From contig JAXDBV010000045.1 of assembly GCA_034678415.1 (NCBI GenBank), positions 1,317 through 65,316 of the forward strand: 64,000 bases of DNA, given 5' to 3'. How positions within the stretch are numbered: the first letter of the stretch is position 1; each line of letters starts with the position of its first letter. Positions 37,492-46,609 of the stretch are shown here, in pieces. This stretch comes from Bacteroidales bacterium (lineage in GTDB: Bacteria; Bacteroidota; Bacteroidia; Bacteroidales; VadinHA17). The notes beneath the pieces were generated by a model. That model ran no database searches and was not told the DNA's origin. It saw only the letters and a program-made list of their open reading frames with translations. Position numbers and translations under genes: made by a program.

Positions 37492-38430
37492 TCAGGTATT
37501 CTTCTTTGCAGAGGATTTTTTCCCGGTTCTTGCTTCGGCTTCCCCGGCAACTGATTTTATTTCCTCCTCATTCACAGCTTCTGATCCATCGGGTTGTGGT
37601 TTAACCTGCGCCGCGGGTTTTGAAGCTTTCACCTCTTCTTCCCCTGTTTCTTTTTTGACTTTTCTTGGTTCTTCACCTTTTTCTTCTGCCTTTGCAGGTC
37701 CTTTTTTCGCTTTAACGGTGGCTGCCTCCTTTTCCTTTTCCAGTCGCCTTTCGTCAAGGCCTTCCTCAATGGCTTTGGTTACCACGTCTATAATGAGAGA
37801 AATGGATTTGGAAGCATCGTCGTTGGCGGGGATGGGAAAGTCAATGGAATTGGGATCGGAGTTGGTATCGCACATGCCGAAAACAGGGATGCTGAGCCGG
37901 TTAGCTTCCCTCACTGCAATATGTTCCTTTGCCACATCCACAACGAAGAGGGCGGTTGGCAGGCGTGTAAGATCGGCTATGCTGCCCAGGTTCTTCTCCA
38001 GTTTGGCACGCTGACGGGTGATCTGGAGCTTCTCCCGTTTTGACAGCGTATCAAACGTTCCGTCAACGGCCATCTTGTCAATGGATGCCATCTTTTTCAC
38101 TGCCTTGCGGATCGTGGGGAAATTGGTTAACATGCCACCCGGCCATCGTTCTGTTACATACGGCATATTGGCCTGCCTGACCTTCTCGGCAACAATATCC
38201 TTGGCCTGTTTTTTTGTGGCCACGAAAAGGATCTTTCGACCCGATTTGGCGATCTGTTTTAAGGCGGAGGCTGTCTCTTCCAGTTTCACCAGTGTCTTTT
38301 CAAGATCGATGATATGAATCCCGTTCCGTTCCATGAAGATATATGGAGCCATGTTTGGATTCCATTTTCTTTTCAGGTGCCCGAAATGCACGCCTGCATC
38401 GAGCAGCTCCTTAACAGTTGTTCTTGCCAT
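37492..38430 (-). CDS. rpsB: 30S ribosomal protein S2, with an approximately 87-aa K/E/A-rich C-terminal extension
   Basis: LLDAGVHFGHLKRKWNPNMAPYIF and WPGGMLTN; the conserved core ends near aa 225. The tail is EKEKEAATVKAKKGPAKAEEKGEEPRKVKKETGEEE... Confidence 0.93.
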   Translation of the reverse strand: MARTTVKELLDAGVHFGHLKRKWNPNMAPYIFMERNGIHIIDLEKTLVKLEETASALKQIAKSGRKILFVATKKQAKDIVAEKVRQANMPYVTERWPGGMLTNFPTIRKAVKKMASIDKMAVDGTFDTLSKREKLQITRQRAKLEKNLGSIADLTRLPTALFVVDVAKEHIAVREANRLSIPVFGMCDTNSDPNSIDFPIPANDDASKSISLIIDVVTKAIEEGLDERRLEKEKEAATVKAKKGPAKAEEKGEEPRKVKKETGEEEVKASKPAAQVKPQPDGSEAVNEEEIKSVAGEAEARTGKKSSAKKNT

Positions 38431-38523
38431 GTAATTACATTGAAGTTTACGTTCTATAAAGCAATCACTGGGTAGTCCTGAGGAGTCACAGTGATTTAGA
38501 TACTAAACACAGAAATATATTCC

Positions 38524-38910
38524 TTAACGCTTGCTGAACTGGAATCTCCTTCTTGCTCCGGGTTGACCCGGCTTTTTCCTTTCCACTTCGCGCGGATCAC
38601 GGGTCAGGAAGCCTTCAGCCTTGAGCTTGGGCTTATCTTCAGAATTTATCTCGACCAGCGCCCTTGATAACGCCAGCCGCAAGGCTTCCGCCTGGCCTTT
38701 AGAACCTCCGCCCGAAAGGTTTACTTTGATGTCATATTTCCCCTGTGCATCCAGTAATACCAGAGGCTGTTCAATGATGTATTGAAGCACGGATGTGGGG
38801 AAATACTGCTTATAGTCCTTGTCATTGACAGTAATATTACCTTTCCCTTCATTGATATAAATCCTGGCTACGGCGGATTTTCTTCTTCCGATGGCGTTGA
38901 CAACTTCCAT
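38524..38910 (-). CDS. rpsI: 30S ribosomal protein S9
   Basis: GRRKSAVARIYI...GGGSKGQAEALRLALSRAL...TRDPREVERKKPGQPGARRRFQFSKR. Confidence 0.95.
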   Translation of the reverse strand: MEVVNAIGRRKSAVARIYINEGKGNITVNDKDYKQYFPTSVLQYIIEQPLVLLDAQGKYDIKVNLSGGGSKGQAEALRLALSRALVEINSEDKPKLKAEGFLTRDPREVERKKPGQPGARRRFQFSKR

Positions 38911-38915
38911 GAAAA

Positions 38916-39371
38916 CTATTTAATATTATTAAGATTCAAAACCTTTGGCTGTTGTGCTTCATGCGGGTGCTCTGCTCCGGCATACACGTAGAGATTTTTG
39001 AAGATGGCATTGCCCAGTCTGTTTTTGGGAAGCATGCCCCGTACCGACTGTTCAACAAGCACACGGGGGTCCTTTTTTAACAAACTCTCCGGTGTGCGCT
39101 TCCTCTGACCCCCGGGATATCCGGAGTGGTCGAAATGCTCACGGTCGGTAAACTTCTTACCCGTTAGCTTCACCTTACCGGCATTGATCACGATCACCTG
39201 ATCGCCGCAATCAACATGAGGAGTAAAACTGGCTTTGTGCTTCCCACGCAATATCATGGCTATTTTTGTTGATAACCGGCCAAGTACCTGATCCTGTGCA
39301 TCCACCAGGTACCACTCCTTTTTTACCATAGCCTTGTTGGCCGAAACCGTCTTATAGCTTAATGTGTTCAC
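38916..39371 (-). CDS. rplM: 50S ribosomal protein L13
   Basis: KEWYLVDAQDQVLGRLSTKIAMILRGKHKASFTPHVDCGD and VRGMLPKN. The rplM-rpsI pair is conserved. Confidence 0.95.
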   Translation of the reverse strand: MNTLSYKTVSANKAMVKKEWYLVDAQDQVLGRLSTKIAMILRGKHKASFTPHVDCGDQVIVINAGKVKLTGKKFTDREHFDHSGYPGGQRKRTPESLLKKDPRVLVEQSVRGMLPKNRLGNAIFKNLYVYAGAEHPHEAQQPKVLNLNNIK

Positions 39372-39432
39372 TTTCGCCTAATCCTTTTATTTATTTGCAG
39401 CCGTTAAAATTACGGCCCGAAATTGTGGACTG

Positions 39433-39462
39433 CAAAAATACAATTATTTTTGATTTTCCAAA
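39433..39462 (-). promoter_or_regulatory. Candidate Bacteroidota sigma-A promoter for rplM-rpsI (-33 TTTG, -7 TAnnTTTG)
   Basis: The minus strand reads TTTGgaaaatcaaaaataattgTAtttTTG. TTTG is at 39462-39459 and TATTTTTG at 39440-39433, with an 18-nt spacer, about 60 nt upstream of the rplM ATG. This was matched by eye to the published Bacteroides consensus only. Confidence 0.4.
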
Positions 39463-39596
39463 TACTTGCAGAAGATTAATTTTGTCAGAAACCCGGTAAG
39501 AATGGTTACTTTAATGAGTGTAAATGCTGAGAGGAACATCCGGTGAAAATGGAATACAGTAGTAACAAACAATAACGTATCCTGTTTCCCTGTTTT

Positions 39597-41186
39597 ATGC
39601 CCCTGCTTACCCGGAAATACCACAGGACGATCTTTACGGGCAGCCTGGCGCTGATGACAGCCAGCCTGCCACTATCCGAGTTTATCCTGAGCATAGCGAT
39701 CATCATCTGTACAGTGAACTGGATCGCCGAAGGTCAATACGGGGAGAAATGGCAGCAGCTGAAGACCAGGAAAAGCCTGTGGTTCGTTATGGTTATCTAC
39801 CTGGTGCACCTGGCAGGCATGCTTTATACCAAGGATACAGACTATGGATTACACGACCTGAGGATCAAGCTTCCCCTCCTCATTCTCCCCCTTGTGGTTG
39901 GTACAACCGGCACACTCTCCGGCAAAGAAGCAAAATGTGTCTTCATGTCGTTCATCCTTGGCGTCATCGTTTCCAGCATTGCAGGTTTCGCGGCCCACGC
40001 CGGTCTTATTCCGCAGACTGACGGGCGTGCCTCCATCTTCATTTCCCATATCCGCCTGGCACTCATGGTTAATATGGCTATTGTCCTTTGCCTGAACATG
40101 ACCATCAGCCAGTTTGGAGCAAACAAATGGTTCTCAGGCAGCTTGTATGCCACCGGAATGATATGGCTTGTTTTTTTCATTTTCATTTTAAAATCATTAA
40201 CAGGAATATTAATATTATTGATATTAACATTATTAATATCAATATATTTTTTAATAAAATTAAAGAATGTTATTTTAAAATTTATCCTGGTAACATTCCT
40301 GGCAACCGTTGTACTTTTATCTTTTTCCTTTGTAACCCATTCTATAATAAGGTATTATCGTGTGGCTGAGGTAGACTTGTCGGCACTCGAAACGCACACT
40401 AAGAGGGGCAATCCGTATATTCATGACATGGTGAACCAACAGATAGAGAACGGAAATTATGTATGGCTGTATTTATGTGAAGAAGAGCTGAAGGAAGGAT
40501 GGGAGCAGATGAGCGATGTTCCTTATGACGGGGTGGACGGCAGGGGACAGTACATACGGTACACACTGATCCGCTACCTGACATCAAAGGGATTGAGGAA
40601 GGATGCTGAAGGGTTGGCACAGCTGCAGCCGGAAGATGTGGAGGCTGTTGAATCAGGATTGGCCAATTGCCTGTTCCTTGATCGCTATTCGCTGTATCCG
40701 AAGATGTATGAGGTTATATGGCAGATCGATCAGTTTCGGAAGGGAGGAAATCCCAGCGGCAATTCCGTTACCCAAAGGATCGAATACCTGAAGACGGCGA
40801 TAAATATTTTTCGTAATCATGTATTAATGGGTGTGGGAACAGGGGACGTCAGTAGTGCATTTGATGAACAGTACACGGCGGACAAATCGGGCATTGATCC
40901 GGCATGGCGTCTGCGCGCCCATAACCAGTATATCACATTTCTTCTTACTTTTGGTATCATAGGTTTTTTGCTCATTGCCGGTTCATTCATAATGATAATA
41001 TACCTCGAGAGAAAAAACCTCGATCCCCTGGCTCTGGCATTTCTAGTGATCGCTCTGTTATCCATGATCAACGAAGATACTCTTGAGACACATGCCGGGG
41101 TGAGTTTTATCGCATTTTTCTTCTCAGTCCTCCTTTGGGGGAGAAAAGAAGAAGGCAAACAAAGGAAAAATGGGAACGGTGCATAA
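39597..41186 (+). CDS. O-antigen ligase family (Wzy_C domain) integral membrane protein with a large periplasmic loop
   Basis: 529 aa with about 10-12 TM segments and a soluble loop of about 190 aa (approximately aa 255-445). That loop ends in WRLRAHNQYITFLLTFGIIGFLL, which resembles the Arg/His-containing Wzy_C signature shared by WaaL ligases, Wzy polymerases and PglL-type O-oligosaccharyltransferases. Confidence 0.7.
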   Translation: MPLLTRKYHRTIFTGSLALMTASLPLSEFILSIAIIICTVNWIAEGQYGEKWQQLKTRKSLWFVMVIYLVHLAGMLYTKDTDYGLHDLRIKLPLLILPLVVGTTGTLSGKEAKCVFMSFILGVIVSSIAGFAAHAGLIPQTDGRASIFISHIRLALMVNMAIVLCLNMTISQFGANKWFSGSLYATGMIWLVFFIFILKSLTGILILLILTLLISIYFLIKLKNVILKFILVTFLATVVLLSFSFVTHSIIRYYRVAEVDLSALETHTKRGNPYIHDMVNQQIENGNYVWLYLCEEELKEGWEQMSDVPYDGVDGRGQYIRYTLIRYLTSKGLRKDAEGLAQLQPEDVEAVESGLANCLFLDRYSLYPKMYEVIWQIDQFRKGGNPSGNSVTQRIEYLKTAINIFRNHVLMGVGTGDVSSAFDEQYTADKSGIDPAWRLRAHNQYITFLLTFGIIGFLLIAGSFIMIIYLERKNLDPLALAFLVIALLSMINEDTLETHAGVSFIAFFFSVLLWGRKEEGKQRKNGNGA

Positions 41187-41706
41187 AAGACTTACCCGGG
41201 ATTTTTACTCCAGGGATGTACTCGAAGTGACTCCTGATCTGCTGGGTAAATGGCTTGTCCGCCGGTTTGATGACGGTACGGTCAGAAGATATATCATCAG
41301 CGAAGCGGAGGCATACAGGGGAGGAGAAGATAAGGCATGCCATGCAAGCCGGGGATACACGGAAAGAACCAGGGTGATGTTTGGTGAGGGAGGGCATGTA
41401 TACGTATACCTGATCTACGGGATGTACTGGATGTTTAATATTGTAACCGGTCCAAAGGGTTTGCCGCAGGCATCACTGGTCAGGGCTGTACTGAATATTG
41501 ACGGACCCGGAAAGCTAACCCGTGAACTATGTATCGACCGGTCGTTCTACGGTGAAAACCTTGTTACATCAAAGAGATTGTGGCTGGAAGATAATCCTGT
41601 GAAACCGTCCATCAGAAGCGCACCAAGGATCGGTGTGGATTATGCCGGGGAATACTGGAAAAATATACATTGGAGATATATTATTGAAAGCAATGATCAT
41701 CAATAG
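41170..41706 (+). CDS. mpg: DNA-3-methyladenine glycosylase (Mpg/AAG family)
   Basis: 178 aa. FYSRDVLEVTPDLLGKWLV, EAEAYRGGEDKACHASRG, VYLIYGMYWMFNIV and PRIGVDYAG match the AAG/MPG fold family. Confidence 0.85.
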   Translation: MGTVHKRLTRDFYSRDVLEVTPDLLGKWLVRRFDDGTVRRYIISEAEAYRGGEDKACHASRGYTERTRVMFGEGGHVYVYLIYGMYWMFNIVTGPKGLPQASLVRAVLNIDGPGKLTRELCIDRSFYGENLVTSKRLWLEDNPVKPSIRSAPRIGVDYAGEYWKNIHWRYIIESNDHQ

Positions 41707-42838
41707 CCGTTTATTTATTCTTATCATGTCACTGGGAATGTGGGTCGGTATCAGGACTGGTTACACCCAGCTGGACAACAGCAAATTCTATCTGACGGAT
41801 TCGTTGGAACCGCCGCTGAAGAACAAGGTATTTCTGAATTTCTCAAGCCTGGGATTCTTTAAGAACAATGAATATTTTAATAATATTGCTGACGGCTATA
41901 CCTTGTTTGGATACCATTTTGCGCCTTCCCTGTCGTTTTATCCTTCCGAGCATATTTCATTAAAAGCGGGTTTTTTTGCCTGGCAGGATTTTGGAAACCA
42001 TACCTTCAGTATGTTCCAGCCGTTATTTACCATTCGCCTGGTATACGGGGATATGCTGTTCCAGTTTGGCACCCTTGATCCTCCTGCTTCACACTTGCTG
42101 ATTGAACCCATTTACGATTTTGAGCGGAACCTCACCTCTCCCCTGGAGAACGGAATGCGATTCGTATACGATCATCCCCGGATCCGCTCCGAGGTCTGGA
42201 TCAACTGGGAGGATATGCTGTACCGGGGAGAAGGCTCACAGGAAAAGCTTTCTGCCGGTCTTTCTGCAGTTATCCGTGCCGCAGGTGATGAGGTGATGTG
42301 GATTGATATTCCGGTGCAACTGCTGGTGTGGCATCATGGAGGACAGATCGATGCCTCGCCCCTCCCGATGAAAACAACAGCTAATGGCGCTGCAGGCTTC
42401 TCCGTCGGTTGGATGTATCAGGATAACAGGATATTACGCAAGCTTGGCTTCAGCTGTTACCTGGCAGGATACAAGGATTTTTCAAACACCCTCACGGAAC
42501 CGTTCCGGAACGGTTTCGGAGGCTATGTAAATGGTATGCTTTCCACCAGCATCGTGGATCTCATGTTAAGTTACTGGCATGGTGACCGGTACATCTGCGA
42601 TTACGGTGGTGACCTGTATTCATCGGTTTCTTCAACCTTTAAAAATCCATTGTATTATGAGAAAACCAGGGACCTGATCATCGTGCGTTTTTCCAGGGAT
42701 ATCCGTTTATTCTCCAATTTTTACATTACCGCAAGGGTCGAACCCGTGCTCGATTTTAACGACCCGGCATTTGAATTCTCCCATGGCCTGTATTTCAATT
42801 ACCGTGGAAATTTCCTGATGGGAAAAACAAAGGACTGA
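41693..42838 (+). CDS. Hypothetical secreted protein, probable outer-membrane beta-barrel
   Basis: Signal-like N-terminus MIINSRLFILIMSLGMWVGIRTGYTQ and abundant alternating aromatic/hydrophilic strand-like segments (GYTLFGYHFAPSLSFY, GFSVGWMY, LSYWHGDRY, HGLYFNYRGNF). The start is taken at 41693, a 14-nt overlap with mpg; the track ORF starts at 41633. Confidence 0.5.
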   Translation: MIINSRLFILIMSLGMWVGIRTGYTQLDNSKFYLTDSLEPPLKNKVFLNFSSLGFFKNNEYFNNIADGYTLFGYHFAPSLSFYPSEHISLKAGFFAWQDFGNHTFSMFQPLFTIRLVYGDMLFQFGTLDPPASHLLIEPIYDFERNLTSPLENGMRFVYDHPRIRSEVWINWEDMLYRGEGSQEKLSAGLSAVIRAAGDEVMWIDIPVQLLVWHHGGQIDASPLPMKTTANGAAGFSVGWMYQDNRILRKLGFSCYLAGYKDFSNTLTEPFRNGFGGYVNGMLSTSIVDLMLSYWHGDRYICDYGGDLYSSVSSTFKNPLYYEKTRDLIIVRFSRDIRLFSNFYITARVEPVLDFNDPAFEFSHGLYFNYRGNFLMGKTKD

Positions 42839-42911
42839 ATATGACGGAAGAGTTTTTTAGTGAATAATTGCTTTATTTGTTAGCTTCACCGTTCTTGAAT
42901 TGCTGGTATTT

Positions 42912-45900
42912 ATGAAACGATTTGCTTTATTGAACAATCTGACCGGATGGACAGCCTTCCTGGTGGCGGCAGTTACCTATTTCCTGACCCTTGAGCCAAC
43001 CGTGAGCTTCTGGGATTGCGGGGAGTTTATTGCTGCATCCTATAAGCTGGAAGTGGGACATCCTCCGGGAGCACCCCTGTTTCTTATGCTGGGACGGTTC
43101 TTCTCACTGTTCGCTTCCGATCCTTCACGGGTGGCTGTCATGATCAATTCTTTATCGGCCATCGCCAGTGCTTTTACCATCCTGTTCCTGTTCTGGACCA
43201 TCACCCATATTGCCCGGAAAATCATTATTGGGAATGATGAGGTTACCAGCGGCCGGATCATGGCGGTTCTCGGCGCCGGTCTCACAGGTGCAATGGCTTA
43301 TACCTTCTCAGATACATTCTGGTTTTCAGCGGTGGAAGGGGAAGTTTATGCCCTGTCATCCCTGTTTACTGCCGTTGTGTTCTGGGCAATTCTTAAATGG
43401 GAGGAACACTCCGATGATCCCCAATCAAACAGGTGGATCATCCTGATTGCTTACCTTATGGGCCTTTCCATCGGTGTTCACCTGTTGAACCTGCTTGCCA
43501 TACCGGCCATCGTCATGGTTTATTATTTCAGGAAATACAAACCTTCCACCTGGGGCGTTATTGTTGCCCTGGTTATTGGCTTGCTTATTCTTGGATTCAT
43601 CCAGTGGGGAATGATACCCGGTGTGGTGAAAATGGCCACTTGGTTCGAACTGTTTTTTGTTAATATCCTCGGGTTACCCTTTCATTCCGGCGCCATTATT
43701 TATGTTCTCGGCCTCATCGCTCTGCTTGGCTGGCTGCTGTATCACACTCATTTGAATAACAAGGTGCTGCTGAATACGGTTGTCCTTTGCTTTTCGGTGA
43801 TGTTGATTGGTTATTCATCCTATACCATGATCATCATCAGGTCATCGGCTAATCCGCCGATGGACCAGAACAATCCCGATAATGTATTCGATCTTTTAAA
43901 ATACCTGAACCGTGAGCAATACCAAGCCTCCCCGCTGATCAAGGGTCCGTATTATAATGCCCCGGTTATTGATGTGAAGGACGGGAAGCCGAAATATATC
44001 AGGAGAAACGGTAAATATGTGGTAATCGACAGGGATCCGGTATATAAGTATGATCCGCGGTTTGTCACATTCTTTCCCCGTATGTACAGCAGTACGGAAG
44101 ATCAGCATGTGAGTGACTACATCGAATGGGGAAAGATCAAAGGGGTGAAAATTCCGGTGAGCGGTTCACGCTCTCAGACGGAAATGAGGGTAAAACCGAC
44201 ATTTTCAGAGAACCTCCGTTTCTTTATACGGTACCAATTGGGTCATATGTATTTCAGGTATTTTATGTGGAATTTTGCCGGGAGGCAGAATGATATTCAG
44301 GGCCATGGCAACGTGCTTGATGGGAACTGGATCTGCGGCATTCCGGCCATCGATAATCCACGGTTGGGTCCGCAGGAGAACCTGCCCGACAAATACCTCA
44401 ACAACCGGGGCAGGAACAGGTACTACATGCTGCCTCTGTTGTTAGGACTGGCGGGTCTGTTGTACCTTTTCAGGAAAGGCCGTAATAACTTCTGGGTTAC
44501 TGGCTTGCTCTTTGTCTTCACGGGAATAGCCATTGTGGTTTACCTGAACCAGACTCCTCATCAGCCCCGGGAAAGAGATTATGCATACGCGGCTTCATTT
44601 TACGTGTTCTCTATATGGATAGGCCTGGGAACGCTTTTATTGTATCAATTCTTCAGGAAATATTTCACCGATATCGGGGGAGCACTGACAAGTGCAATCC
44701 TTTGCCTGGCAGTACCTGCTCAAATGGCATCGGAAAACTTGGATGATCACAACCGGTCGGGTCGGTATACGGCCAGGGACTTTGCATACAACTATCTGAA
44801 CTCCTGTGAACAACAGGCTGTGATCTTCACCAACGGGGATAATGATACATTTCCTCTCTGGTACATACAGGAGGTGGAAGGTGAACGAACCGATGTGAGG
44901 GTAACCAACTGCAGTTACCTGGGTGCTGCCTGGTATATCAGCCAGATGAAGATGAAAGCATACGAGTCTGAGCCTCTTCCTTTCTCCCTGAAAGAGGAAC
45001 AGTACGTTCAGGGTTCCAGGGATGTGTTGCTTTTCAATCCGCGGTTTGATGATTATTATGATATAAAGCAGGTGATGGAATTTGTGTCCAGTGATGATCC
45101 CAGGGCGAAAATCAGGTCCCCGTTTGGCAGAAACGAAACGATGAATTACATGCCCACCCGGAAGCTGAGGATACCGGTGGATTTGGCAACCGTTCTGAAT
45201 AACGGGACGCTTGACAAGGAAGATGCTCAAAGGATGCTCAAGCATATAGACTGGGAGATTACCAGGGACGTAATCTACAAGAATGATCTGATGATTATTG
45301 ATCTTATGTCCACCAATGAATGGAAAAGACCTGTCTATTTTGCCATCACTGTCCCCCGTGAGGTATATCTTCAGCTCGATCCTTTCTTTCAGTGTGAAGG
45401 CTTTGCCTACAGGGTTGTGCCGCTGAGGACCGAACCGCGGGAAACGGATATTGGAAGAATTCCTTCCGCCAAACTCTATGACCGGATAATGAATAAGTTC
45501 CGTTGGGGTAATGTGAACGATCAGAAGGTGTACATTGATGAGAATAACCAGCGGATGATCTCCAGTACCAGGAATATTTTTGCACGGCTTGCATTGCAGC
45601 TGGTAGAGGAAGAAAAGAAGGATTCAGCGCTGACGGTACTTGACCGGTGTATGGAACTGTTTCCCGGCGACAGAATCCCCCATAATTTCTTTTCTCTTCA
45701 GCTTATAACGGCTTACTACCGCGCCGGAGATTATGAAAAGGCTGACTCCCTGGCGCGCGTCATCGCCGACGATCATGAAAAACTGGCCCGGTATATTTTT
45801 GCCCTTGACAGGAAACGAATGAGCACTGTGGTGAATGAAGCCCAGCTCGCCATGTATGTTTTTAACCAGGTAGTACATATTACGGGCCAGTATGCAGGGA

Positions 45901-45968
45901 AGGAAGTAAGGGAAGAGATGTACCGGCGTTTCCAGGACCTTATGGCCATATATAACACATTGAGCTGA
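42912..45968 (+). CDS. DUF2723 domain protein (TMEM260 / GT117-like, GT-C-type putative glycosyltransferase) with a large C-terminal periplasmic helical-repeat region
   Basis: The N-terminus (LTGWTAFLVAAVTYFLTLEPTVSFWDCGEFIAASYKLEVGHPPGAPLFLMLGR) is the hallmark DUF2723 start. About 10+ TM segments in the first 620 aa are followed by about 400 aa of soluble sequence. The ATG is at 42912; the track uses TTG at 42900. Confidence 0.8.
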   Translation: MKRFALLNNLTGWTAFLVAAVTYFLTLEPTVSFWDCGEFIAASYKLEVGHPPGAPLFLMLGRFFSLFASDPSRVAVMINSLSAIASAFTILFLFWTITHIARKIIIGNDEVTSGRIMAVLGAGLTGAMAYTFSDTFWFSAVEGEVYALSSLFTAVVFWAILKWEEHSDDPQSNRWIILIAYLMGLSIGVHLLNLLAIPAIVMVYYFRKYKPSTWGVIVALVIGLLILGFIQWGMIPGVVKMATWFELFFVNILGLPFHSGAIIYVLGLIALLGWLLYHTHLNNKVLLNTVVLCFSVMLIGYSSYTMIIIRSSANPPMDQNNPDNVFDLLKYLNREQYQASPLIKGPYYNAPVIDVKDGKPKYIRRNGKYVVIDRDPVYKYDPRFVTFFPRMYSSTEDQHVSDYIEWGKIKGVKIPVSGSRSQTEMRVKPTFSENLRFFIRYQLGHMYFRYFMWNFAGRQNDIQGHGNVLDGNWICGIPAIDNPRLGPQENLPDKYLNNRGRNRYYMLPLLLGLAGLLYLFRKGRNNFWVTGLLFVFTGIAIVVYLNQTPHQPRERDYAYAASFYVFSIWIGLGTLLLYQFFRKYFTDIGGALTSAILCLAVPAQMASENLDDHNRSGRYTARDFAYNYLNSCEQQAVIFTNGDNDTFPLWYIQEVEGERTDVRVTNCSYLGAAWYISQMKMKAYESEPLPFSLKEEQYVQGSRDVLLFNPRFDDYYDIKQVMEFVSSDDPRAKIRSPFGRNETMNYMPTRKLRIPVDLATVLNNGTLDKEDAQRMLKHIDWEITRDVIYKNDLMIIDLMSTNEWKRPVYFAITVPREVYLQLDPFFQCEGFAYRVVPLRTEPRETDIGRIPSAKLYDRIMNKFRWGNVNDQKVYIDENNQRMISSTRNIFARLALQLVEEEKKDSALTVLDRCMELFPGDRIPHNFFSLQLITAYYRAGDYEKADSLARVIADDHEKLARYIFALDRKRMSTVVNEAQLAMYVFNQVVHITGQYAGKEVREEMYRRFQDLMAIYNTLS

Positions 45969-46609
45969 TGCGTTTCTACCAGTCGCCTTCCAGCCCCTTT
46001 CGACAACTTCTCCCTGAACTGGTATGGTGCCTGCCGGGGATGGACAGGAAAATACTTCTCACGTTTGATGACGGTCCTGATCCTGTAAGTACACCAGTCA
46101 TACTGGATATCCTGGCAGAAAAGAATGCCAGTGCGATTTTCTTCTGCCTGGGAAGGAATGTGGAAAGATACCCCCTCTTGTATGATCGGATCGTGTCCGA
46201 AGGTCATACTGCCGGGAATCATACTTATAGCCACCTCGATGGTTGGCGAACCGGCGTTGATGAATATCTCAGAGATGTGGAACAGGCCGGCCGGTTCATC
46301 GTATCAGACTTGTTCCGGCCTCCCTTTGGCAGGATCAGGCCCTCACAAATACGGAGGCTGAAATCGAAGTTCAGAATCATGATGTGGAGTTGGATGTTTC
46401 TTGATTTCAGTGGTGTGGAGAGAACAGGGAACCAAAGGATACCGCACGAAAAATACCTGTACCCGGGTAGTATTCTTGTATTTCATGACTCACAGAAAGC
46501 AGCTCCCATCACCCGTTTTTTATTAAAGGACTTACTGGAACAGATAGACAGATACCATTTAAAGGCAGGATTACCTGTTTGGTCGATACCCCATGAAAAT
46601 TGTTGTTAA
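45968..46609 (+). CDS. Polysaccharide deacetylase family protein (NodB homology domain, CE4)
   Basis: LLTFDDGPDP (the Asp-Asp metal/catalytic motif), GNHTYSH (His-His) and FRPPFG. The start overlaps the upstream stop (TGATG). Confidence 0.8.
   Translation: MRFYQSPSSPFRQLLPELVWCLPGMDRKILLTFDDGPDPVSTPVILDILAEKNASAIFFCLGRNVERYPLLYDRIVSEGHTAGNHTYSHLDGWRTGVDEYLRDVEQAGRFIVSDLFRPPFGRIRPSQIRRLKSKFRIMMWSWMFLDFSGVERTGNQRIPHEKYLYPGSILVFHDSQKAAPITRFLLKDLLEQIDRYHLKAGLPVWSIPHENCC

Noticed and set aside
37223-38014. 263-aa plus-strand ORF rich in S/A/F/L
   Set aside because: It is antisense to tsf and to the K/E-rich tail of rpsB. The low-complexity composition is the complement of GAA/AAG-rich coding sequence, not a real gene.
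40161-40300. Sharply AT-rich patch with ATTAATAT-like near-repeats inside the Wzy_C gene (possible insertion, phase-variation tract or regulatory island)
   Set aside because: The reading frame is intact. The patch encodes I/L/F/K/N-rich TM helices (GILILLILTLLISIYFLIKLKNVILKFILV), which force A/T-rich codons. There is no exact tandem repeat or homopolymer long enough for slippage, and no flanking direct repeats.
44637-45245. 202-aa minus-strand ORF
   Set aside because: It is antisense inside the DUF2723 gene. It is an uninterrupted frame only by chance and has no motifs.
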